24,976 nucleotides of DNA. Source: Candidatus Eiseniibacteriota bacterium (GTDB taxonomy: Bacteria > Arandabacterota > Arandabacteria > Arandabacterales > Arandabacteraceae). Location: contig JBDRNT010000173.1 of NCBI GenBank assembly GCA_043810925.1, positions 1 through 24,976 on the forward strand, in the 5' to 3' direction. This document shows, one piece after another, positions 18,258 to 24,976 of the stretch; within the stretch, counting starts at the first letter, position 1; the number at the start of each line of letters is the position of its first letter. The notes beneath the pieces are model-generated. The model saw only the letters and a list, made by a program, of their open reading frames with translations. It ran no database searches and was not told the DNA's origin. Position numbers and translations under genes: made by a program.

Positions 18258-19274
18258 TCAGTCGTATGTACCCAGAGCGGTGGCAAGTTCACTGAACCAT
18301 TTCACTCGCTCGATGTCTGCCCTTGGCGAGAGCTCACAACCCGTGGACAGGATGAAGCCTCCCCGGTCCTTACCCAACGCGACACAGCGCTTGACCTCGT
18401 CTTCGATTTGCTGACGCGTACCATCCAGAAACAGTCCCGTCGGGACGTTGCCTATGATCACCGTCCTGCCCGCGGAGGCCTTCAACATCTTCTCAAGAGA
18501 TGATGGGTTATCCATGCTTATCGCAATCGCACCCATTGAGCAGATGTCCTCCATTATGGGATCGATAAAACCACATATATGGACGGTCACGTTTATCCTC
18601 TTCTCGCGGAGACGCGATATCACTTCTTTCTCGTATGGAAGCACGAATTCCCGGAAGATCTTGGGCGAGATCAGACTCAGCGAAGCCGGTGCCTCGCTGA
18701 AGCTCAAGCCGATACCGGCTTGTCCCACCGCTTCACCGCATCTCCCCGATACGTCAACAGCGAAACGCATAATCTCATGAACGAAATCCGGATCGGTTGC
18801 AGTATCGATAATCAGATTCTCAGCGCCCCGCAGGTGGACTGCAAGTGTCCATGGACCGCAGATCACGGCGCCGACGGCTGCGTCTTTGACGCTGCCGGCA
18901 ACCTTCTTGCATGCCTCGAGGTATGCAGGTATCCGCCCCGCCTTTGAAGGGTCGGGAAAATCAAGCGAGCCGAGCGCGGCCTTATCCTCAAGCAGATAGG
19001 TTCTCAGTCTAGGGATATCGTTCTCGGGGAATTCAACGGGAGCTCCCATCGCTTCGACCTCGAATAGAAGGTCGGCCATCATGGGCACCACGTCGTGGCC
19101 TATCTCATCATGAAGCGCGATCTGCGCATCGGCCGCCTTATCGAGATCCGTGTAATAGGTCTTGTCATTCACACCGATCAGTCTGGCCGCAAGCGAGCTT
19201 ACGATAGGATAAAAGGGAATCCGGTCAGGCTGCTGTCTCCTGAACACCGCTTTGACCCTCTCAATGCTTGTCAT
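18258..19274 (-). CDS. URO-D/MtaA-CmuA superfamily protein, probable Zn-dependent corrinoid:thiol methyltransferase
   Basis: Motifs ERV...PDRIP, EVEAMGA, GPWTLA..LRG, SLISP..FREF..PY, HICG (H-x-C), IGNV, and FILSTGCE (third Zn ligand Cys). It lacks the HemE RQAGR motif. Confidence 0.78.
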   Translation of the reverse strand: MTSIERVKAVFRRQQPDRIPFYPIVSSLAARLIGVNDKTYYTDLDKAADAQIALHDEIGHDVVPMMADLLFEVEAMGAPVEFPENDIPRLRTYLLEDKAALGSLDFPDPSKAGRIPAYLEACKKVAGSVKDAAVGAVICGPWTLAVHLRGAENLIIDTATDPDFVHEIMRFAVDVSGRCGEAVGQAGIGLSFSEAPASLSLISPKIFREFVLPYEKEVISRLREKRINVTVHICGFIDPIMEDICSMGAIAISMDNPSSLEKMLKASAGRTVIIGNVPTGLFLDGTRQQIEDEVKRCVALGKDRGGFILSTGCELSPRADIERVKWFSELATALGTYD

Positions 19275-19283
19275 CGATCAACC

Positions 19284-20420
19284 TCACCCTCTTAGAAGCT
19301 CTCTGGCTATTACGAGTTTCTGAATCTCCGATGTACCCTCACCTATCACCGTCACCTTGGCGTCCCGGAAAAACCTCTCTACCTCGTACTCTTTCATGTA
19401 CCCGTACCCGCCGTGGATCTGGACTGCGGTCCTCGTGGCACGAACCGCTACCTCGGTTGCGTAGAGCTTGGCCATGGCCGCCAGCTTGATTATTCGTTCA
19501 CCCCTGTCCTTGGCCATCGAGGCATCGTATACCAGCAGCCTGGCCGCCTCGATCTCTGTAGCCATATCGGCCAGCATGTTCTGTACGGCCCCGAACTTGC
19601 CGATCGATCTGCCGAACTGCTTACGTTCCTTCGCATATTCTATGCTCGCATCCAGGGCTGCCTGAGCTATACCGAGTCCCATTGCGCCTATGGAAATCCT
19701 CCCGCCGTCCAGCGTGTGAAGGAAGATTGCGAATCCCTCACCCTCTTTACCCAGCATGCTCTCTGCGGGTACCCTGCAATCTTCGAAAATCAGCTCGGAG
19801 GTGTCGGAACCCCGTATGCCCATCTTGTCTTCCTTCTTGCCGGGCTTAAAGCCGGGGGTCCCCTTCTCGATTATGAACGCCGTTATGCCCCTGACCCCTG
19901 CATCTTTGTTCGTCACCGCGGTGATCACAAACGTCTCTGCGAGACTGCCGCTTGTGATGAAGATCTTGGTCCCGTTTATCACATAGTGGTCGCCGTCCTT
20001 TACGGCCGTGGTCTGGGTACCTCCTGCATCGGAGCCGGCATTAGGCTCGGTCAGCCCGAATGCGGCCAGCTTTTTCCCGCTTGCGATATCCTTGAGATAC
20101 TTCTTCTTCTGCTCGTCGTTACCATGCTCGAATATCGGATATACACCGAGGGATGTGTGGGCGGCCATTGTGATACCGGTGGCCGCGCAGACCCGGGATA
20201 TCTCCTCAACCCCGATCGTGTAACCCAGGGTATCCGAACCACCACCGCCCCACTCCTCGGGAAAAGGCATCCCGAGAAGATTGAGCTCACGCATCTTCTC
20301 AATAGTATCCCAGGGGAACTCGCCGGTCCGGTCGATCTCCTTTGCCCGCGGCTTGACTTCGGCCAGCGCGAACTTCCTTACCATCTCTCTTATCATTTTG
20401 TGATCTTCGCTGAGCTCCAT
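19284..20420 (-). CDS. acyl-CoA dehydrogenase, probably branched-chain (IGEG type)
   Basis: Motifs FGLTEPNAGSD, NGTKIFIT, KMGIRGS, LDGGRISIG, RKQFG, QIHGGYGY, VIGEGTSE. SD GGAGGT. Confidence 0.9.
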   Translation of the reverse strand: MELSEDHKMIREMVRKFALAEVKPRAKEIDRTGEFPWDTIEKMRELNLLGMPFPEEWGGGGSDTLGYTIGVEEISRVCAATGITMAAHTSLGVYPIFEHGNDEQKKKYLKDIASGKKLAAFGLTEPNAGSDAGGTQTTAVKDGDHYVINGTKIFITSGSLAETFVITAVTNKDAGVRGITAFIIEKGTPGFKPGKKEDKMGIRGSDTSELIFEDCRVPAESMLGKEGEGFAIFLHTLDGGRISIGAMGLGIAQAALDASIEYAKERKQFGRSIGKFGAVQNMLADMATEIEAARLLVYDASMAKDRGERIIKLAAMAKLYATEVAVRATRTAVQIHGGYGYMKEYEVERFFRDAKVTVIGEGTSEIQKLVIARELLRG

Positions 20421-20512
20421 TCCTTACCTCCTCAGCATGCTCAGGTCAAACTCGATTGCCCGGACGTGGTCTCTCATCGGTCTTGTTCCCTCATGGATTC
20501 CGACAGGCAGAC

Positions 20513-20917
20513 TCACTTGTTCCGGGACGCGATTTCCTTCTTTACGTATTCGGCTATCTCGGTTGTTGTGGTACCCGGTCCAAAGACGTTGGCTATCCCG
20601 ACCTTCTTAAGCTCCTCGATATCATCTTCCGGAATTATGCCTCCGGCGATCACAAGCTTATCCCCCGCACCTCGCTCCTTGAGCAGACCCACAATCTTGG
20701 GGAAGAGTACGGCATGAGCCCCGGATAAGATGCTCAAACCCACTACATCCACGTCCTCCTGAATCGCTGCCTCGACTACCATTTCCGGCGTCTGGTGGAG
20801 ACCCGTATAGACCACTTCCATCCCGGCATCCCTCAGAGCACTCGCGACCACCTTGGCACCCCTGTCATGCCCATCCAGCCCGGGCTTCGCCACTAATACC
20901 CGGATCTTTCTTTCCAT
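20513..20917 (-). CDS. cobalamin-binding small subunit of acyl-CoA mutase (IcmB/McmB type)
   Basis: [13 protein letters not shown] (DxHxxG), SILSGAH, GGIIP, FGPGT. Confidence 0.93.
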   Translation of the reverse strand: MERKIRVLVAKPGLDGHDRGAKVVASALRDAGMEVVYTGLHQTPEMVVEAAIQEDVDVVGLSILSGAHAVLFPKIVGLLKERGAGDKLVIAGGIIPEDDIEELKKVGIANVFGPGTTTTEIAEYVKKEIASRNK

Positions 20918-20937
20918 GTGCGCCTCCAGGCAAACCC

Positions 20938-22602
20938 TCAGTACACTATGGGTTCCTTGTATTCCCCGAATACATCTCTAAGCACATCTATCATCTCGCC
21001 CAATGTGCAGTATGCGCGCGAACAATCGAGAATTCTCGGCATAAGATTCTCCGTACCGCCGGCAGCCGATCTCAAAGCGTCAAGGGCGGTGCCGGCAGCG
21101 CCGTTATCACGCTCCGACCTCATCTTCTTCAAGGCCTCGGTCTGTTCGCGCTCGACCCCGTAGTTAATTCTCAGAATGTCGATATCAATCTTCTCATCTT
21201 CGATCACAAAGTCGTTCACACCGACAACGATCTTGGTCTTCTTCTCGATCTCCCTCTGATACCTGTATGCGGCGTCGGCGATTTCCTTCTGAAAGAACCC
21301 GAGGTCGATAGATTTGACCACCCCTCCGAGATCGTCGATCTTCTGGAAGTAGGCTTCCGCCTCCTCCTCCAACTTGTTGGTCAGATGCTCGACATAGTAG
21401 GAACCCGCCAGTGGGTCTATCGTGTTGGCGACACCGGTCTCATATGCCAGAAGCTGCTGGGTTCTGAGTGCTATCTGCACTGCCTTTTCGCCCGGCAAGG
21501 CAAATGTCTCATCCATCGAATTCGTGTGTAACGACTGGGTCCCGCCGGGCACACCGGCCATGGCCTGATAGGCAGTTCGGACGATGTTGTTTTCCGGTTG
21601 CTGTGCAGTCAGTGTGCATCCGGCGGTCTGCGTATGGAACCTCACGAGCAGTGATTCCTCTTTCTTGGCTCCGTACTTCTCCTTCATCCTCTTGGCCCAG
21701 ATACGTCTGGCAGCTCTGTACTTGGCTATCTCCTCGAAGAAATCGAGATGGGAGTTAAAGAAGAAGGAAAGCCTGGGAGCGAACTTATCTACGTCGAGAC
21801 CCGCCTTGATTCCCGCCTCGACATAGGCAAACCCATCTGCCAGTGTGAACGCAAGTTCCTGTACCGCGGTCGACCCCGCCTCCCGTATGTGATAACCGCT
21901 TATGGAGATCGTGTTCCACTTGGGCACGTGATCCGAGCAAAACGTGAGGATATCCGTAATGATCCTCATCGAAGGCTCGGGCGGGAAGATCCACGACTTC
22001 TGAGCGATGTACTCCTTGAGAATATCATTCTGTATTGTCCCGCGGATCTTGTCCGAGGGCACCCCCTGCTTTTCACCCACACATATATAGAATGCGAGCA
22101 GTATGGCGGCCGGGGCATTTATCGTCATAGAGGTAGACACCTTATCGAGCGGTATCTCATCGAAAAGAACTTCCATGTCCTTCAGTGAATCGATCGCAAC
22201 GCCGCACATCCCGACCTCGCCATGCGATCTCACGTGGTCGGAGTCATAACCCATAATGGTCGGCATGTCGAAAGCCACCGAAAGACCCGTCTGACCTCTA
22301 TCGAGAAGGAAGTGATAGCGCTTATTGGAATCTCTTGCCGTACCGAAACCGGAGAATTGTCTCATGGTCCAGAGTCTGCCTCTGTGCATGGTCGTATAGA
22401 CACCGCGCGTGAACGGGTACTCCCCCGGAAAACCCAGGTCCTTATCGTAGTCAAGCGATTCGACATCCGCGGGCCCGTAAAGAGGCTTTATTTCTCTACC
22501 GGACGGATTGGTGACCCCGGATGGCTGACATGTCTTAGAGAACTTCTTCTCCCACTCAGTGGCGTCGTTCTGTGTGTTTCTTGCTGTTCGTTTTTCGGAC
22601 AT
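20938..22602 (-). CDS. icmA: acyl-CoA mutase large subunit with the isobutyryl-CoA mutase signature
   Basis: Mutase motifs as in the plus-strand copy, but WTMRQFSGF (Phe, 22354-22356) and KEYIAQKSW (Gln, 22000-22002) replace the MCM Tyr/Arg. Start is ATG 22602 or GTG 22617. Confidence 0.8.
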   Translation of the reverse strand: MSEKRTARNTQNDATEWEKKFSKTCQPSGVTNPSGREIKPLYGPADVESLDYDKDLGFPGEYPFTRGVYTTMHRGRLWTMRQFSGFGTARDSNKRYHFLLDRGQTGLSVAFDMPTIMGYDSDHVRSHGEVGMCGVAIDSLKDMEVLFDEIPLDKVSTSMTINAPAAILLAFYICVGEKQGVPSDKIRGTIQNDILKEYIAQKSWIFPPEPSMRIITDILTFCSDHVPKWNTISISGYHIREAGSTAVQELAFTLADGFAYVEAGIKAGLDVDKFAPRLSFFFNSHLDFFEEIAKYRAARRIWAKRMKEKYGAKKEESLLVRFHTQTAGCTLTAQQPENNIVRTAYQAMAGVPGGTQSLHTNSMDETFALPGEKAVQIALRTQQLLAYETGVANTIDPLAGSYYVEHLTNKLEEEAEAYFQKIDDLGGVVKSIDLGFFQKEIADAAYRYQREIEKKTKIVVGVNDFVIEDEKIDIDILRINYGVEREQTEALKKMRSERDNGAAGTALDALRSAAGGTENLMPRILDCSRAYCTLGEMIDVLRDVFGEYKEPIVY

Positions 22603-22624
22603 ACCGCCTGTATCCACCCTCCTC

Positions 22625-23575
22625 CTAACGCCCATCGATCATCGACAGGATCTCCGCGGAGGCCTGCCTCGGTGTCCTCTTCCCACCCATAACCTCATCA
22701 ACCAGGGTGTGGAGTCTGTTCAGAGACTGCTCGCCCCAGACCTTTCTGTGGATCTCGGATTCGACTATTGCCCTGACCGTGGCTTCCACGTTTCCCCTTC
22801 GGTGCTTCTTGAGTAGTCCGGACTCGGTCTGGAAAGCCCGGTGTTTCTCAATTTCCTCATAGAGTTCGGACACGCCGTCACCCTGAGAGGCGATTGTGCA
22901 GACAACGGGGGGACTCCAGCCGTTCCCCTCGCCCCTGAGTTCAAGCATGGCCTGGGTCTGCCTCGCGATCCTGTCGGCACCTTCCCTGTCGGCCTTGTTT
23001 ATCGCTATCACGTCGGCGATCTCCATCAGACCGGCCTTCATCGCCTGGATCGCGTCACCCGACTCCGGCACTATCACGACCACTGTTGTGTAGCAGGCTT
23101 CGGCGATATCGAGCTCGCACTGCCCTACCCCCACCGTCTCGGTAATGATGACGTCCTCCCCGAAAGCATCCATCACATCGGCAACATCACCGGCCGCCTC
23201 GGCAAGACCGCCGAGCGAGCCTCGTGTGGCCATGCTCCGGACAAAGACTCCCGGATCGATCCCGATATCCTGCATGCGTATCCTGTCGCCAAGGAGCGCT
23301 CCACCTGTGAAGGGACTCGATGGATCGACCGCGATCACGCCGACCAGTTTATCATCAGCTCGCACCCGCTGGACCAAGCCTGAAACCAGCGTGCTCTTTC
23401 CCGCGCCCGGCGGGCCGGTCACACCTATTCTGTATGCCTTGCCTGTCCGTGGATAGAGACGGTCAAGTACATCGGGAAAAGAGGTCTCGTGATTCTCCAC
23501 GAGTGTTATGATCTTGGATAGCGCGATCCTGTCACCCTCGGTGAAACGCTTAAGCAGGTCTTCAGTCGAAAACAT
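22625..23575 (-). CDS. meaB: mutase-associated GTPase chaperone (MeaB/ArgK)
   Basis: Motifs [60 protein letters not shown]. Confidence 0.93.
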   Translation of the reverse strand: MFSTEDLLKRFTEGDRIALSKIITLVENHETSFPDVLDRLYPRTGKAYRIGVTGPPGAGKSTLVSGLVQRVRADDKLVGVIAVDPSSPFTGGALLGDRIRMQDIGIDPGVFVRSMATRGSLGGLAEAAGDVADVMDAFGEDVIITETVGVGQCELDIAEACYTTVVVIVPESGDAIQAMKAGLMEIADVIAINKADREGADRIARQTQAMLELRGEGNGWSPPVVCTIASQGDGVSELYEEIEKHRAFQTESGLLKKHRRGNVEATVRAIVESEIHRKVWGEQSLNRLHTLVDEVMGGKRTPRQASAEILSMIDGR

Positions 23576-23587
23576 TCTGGCCTTTCC

Positions 23588-24115
23588 CTAAAACTCGATA
23601 CCCTCTCTCATCTCCTGACCGTCCGCATAGTGATGTTTTACCTCTTTCATCTCCGTCACAAGGTCGGCAACCTTGAGAAACTCCTCAGGCGCGTATCTCC
23701 CGGTCAGGATTATCTCCATCTGAGACGGCTTCCTCTTGATAAGATCCAGCACCTCACTTGCTGTTGCGAGGCCGTAGTCAACCGCCACATTTATCTCATC
23801 GAGGATCAGGATATCGCAGGTTCCTTCAGCCACCGCTTCCCGGGCAAGCGCCATCCCTTCCCGGGCGAGCCGAAGGTCCTCCTCGGATGGATTCCCCTTC
23901 TCAACAAAGGTCGGGAGGCCTGACTGCACCAGTCTAAAGCCGGGAACCTTGTCGAAGATCCTCACCTCGCCGTAGTTATCCGATCCCTTCATGAACTGTA
24001 TCATGAATACGCGCAGATCGTGCCCGCATGCACGGAGAGCCTGGCCCAGTGCCGCCGTGGTTTTTCCCTTTCCGTCCCCGGTGTAGACCTGGACGGTTCC
24101 TCTTGCTAGGGGCAT
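23588..24115 (-). CDS. cobO: ATP:cob(I)alamin adenosyltransferase (CobO/CobA/BtuR type)
   Basis: Motifs VYTGDGKGKTTAALG, QFMKG, ILDEI, ILTGR, ADLVTEM..VKH, REGIEF. SD GGAGAGGT. Confidence 0.92.
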   Translation of the reverse strand: MPLARGTVQVYTGDGKGKTTAALGQALRACGHDLRVFMIQFMKGSDNYGEVRIFDKVPGFRLVQSGLPTFVEKGNPSEEDLRLAREGMALAREAVAEGTCDILILDEINVAVDYGLATASEVLDLIKRKPSQMEIILTGRYAPEEFLKVADLVTEMKEVKHHYADGQEMREGIEF

Positions 24116-24174
24116 ACTTCCGACCTCTCCAAGGGTTGTGAGTCTTACCGAGACGAGTAGACCACCAAGGGGAC

Positions 24175-24203
24175 ATCTTAGCCTAAAAACACCCCCGAGT
24201 CAA
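24175..24203 (-). promoter_or_regulatory. sigma70-type promoter of the cobO-meaB-icm operon
   Basis: Minus strand reads TTGACT (24203-24198)-N17-TAAGAT (24180-24175). Confidence 0.7.
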
Positions 24204-24313
24204 CCCGCTTTTTGGTCCCGGAAACGGAGGGTTCAGCCACGGCTGTCTCACAGCCTGAAAACTGCATGACGCGGTCCGGATGAGTTGGGATGAGCCAGGT
24301 CCATGGATTTGGG

Positions 24314-24341
24314 CTAAACCGGCGGCATTATGTGCCGACAT
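24314..24341 (+). promoter_or_regulatory. sigma28 (FliA/SigD/WhiG)-like promoter upstream of the PAS gene
   Basis: (C)TAAA (24315-24318)-N15-GCCGACAT (24334-24341), one mismatch from TAAA-N15-GCCGATAT. Confidence 0.55.
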
Positions 24342-24481
24342 CTATATTGTCAGATTTGAATTGGAGGTCGTCGCACACTGCACGCCATTTGAGCGGTGCC
24401 GGAAATCCATCCGGCCTTGCGTCTACCATGCCCTGCAAGGACTGCTGAGATCGCGACTCGATGACCTTGGAGGATGACCGA

Positions 24482-24976
24482 ATGACGAACCAGGTTCGTA
24501 GTGACCTACGTGAATCCCCCCAGCACACCCGGCCGGAAACCTCTATCCTGACTCCGGACATCCAGAGCATGGTGGACTCCCTTCCATTCTATGTCTTGCT
24601 GGTGGACGACCATCACCATATCCTGATGGCCAATGAGGCCATCAGGCAACGCACGGGACTCGACCCGGAGGAGATCGTCGGGAAGTTCTGCCCGAAGGTC
24701 ATCCATGGGGTTGATGGAACGTTTCCGGGCTGTCCGCTTGAGGAAGCTGTGGAAAAGGGACAGGCCGTTGAACGCGAGGTGTTCGATCCCGCCACCGGTG
24801 GTTGGGTCAGTTCTGCGATCTACCCGACGGGACGCAAGACCCCGGAGGGCCGCGAGATCTTCATCCACATGGCCCATGACATTACCGCGAGGAAGCAGGC
24901 GGAAGAGAAGATTGAGCTCAATTACAGGATCCAGAGCGTTCTGAGCTCGGTGCTCCGCATTTCACTCTTGAATGTG
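24482..24976 (+). CDS. PAS/PAC-domain signal transduction protein, 3' truncated (not in the ORF track)
   Basis: Own translation from ATG 24482 (SD GGAGG at 24469-24473), open to the window end: MTNQVRSDLRES...MVDSLPFYVLLVDDHHHILMANEAIRQRTGLDPEEIVGKFCPKVIHG...GCPLEEA...IFIHMAHDITARKQAEE. Confidence 0.85.
   Translation, partial: MTNQVRSDLRESPQHTRPETSILTPDIQSMVDSLPFYVLLVDDHHHILMANEAIRQRTGLDPEEIVGKFCPKVIHGVDGTFPGCPLEEAVEKGQAVEREVFDPATGGWVSSAIYPTGRKTPEGREIFIHMAHDITARKQAEEKIELNYRIQSVLSSVLRISLLNV

Noticed and set aside
18258..19274. Annotation as true uroporphyrinogen decarboxylase HemE
   Set aside because: It lacks the RQAGR motif, has Zn-type HxC...C ligands, and has no tetrapyrrole synthesis genes nearby.
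20424..20477. 17-codon minus-strand ORF (MRDHVRAIEFDLSMLRR) between the small-subunit and dehydrogenase genes
   Set aside because: Very short, no convincing SD, and compatible with chance.
24116..24300. Cobalamin riboswitch upstream of cobO
   Set aside because: The predicted leader is only about 55 nt, and no B12-box or GGGAA/GCCACTG core was seen on either strand.
24280..24477. 65-aa plus-strand ORF, and a tiny MPCKDC-TGA frame (24428-24448) in frame with the PAS gene (possible selenocysteine read-through)
   Set aside because: Neither has an SD or a recognisable domain, and no SECIS-like hairpin was evident. The PAS gene has its own good SD and ATG at 24482.
1..24976. CRISPR arrays, tRNA/rRNA genes, IS or phage genes, defence systems
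   Set aside because: No periodic repeats, RNA gene signatures, or transposase/integrase/nuclease motifs were recognised. Nearly all the sequence is explained by the listed CDSs.

Overview
Bacterial chromosomal window, about 57-60% GC by eye. No RNA gene, mobile element or CRISPR array was recognised. The FlgD-Ig/T9SS-like C-terminal domains tentatively point to an FCB-related lineage, and the gene content suggests an anaerobe. The core is a ~23 kb cobalamin-dependent short/branched-chain acyl-CoA cluster in two convergent arms. Plus arm: a three-gene propionyl-CoA carboxylase, a methylmalonyl-CoA mutase large subunit (Tyr/Arg type), an epimerase, an unknown lipid-anchored membrane protein, a HEAT-repeat + HD-GYP gene pair, then acyl-CoA dehydrogenase-etfB-etfA-FadF/EMO-type membrane oxidoreductase. 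Minus arm: cobO, meaB, a second mutase large subunit with the isobutyryl-CoA mutase signature (Phe/Gln), the only B12-binding small subunit, a second acyl-CoA dehydrogenase (IGEG type), an MtaA/URO-D-family Zn methyltransferase-like gene, thiolase and 3-hydroxybutyryl-CoA dehydrogenase. The left flank holds two secreted proteins, one with a cohesin-like domain. The right flank holds a partial PAS sensor, absent from the ORF track, behind a sigma28-like promoter. Best leads: (1) an MtaA-like methyltransferase inside an adenosylcobalamin mutase operon; (2) two mutases of different predicted specificity with one small subunit; (3) a HEAT/HD-GYP pair that appears to share an unannotated N-terminal domain. 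All calls come from motif recognition by eye; no database searches were run.
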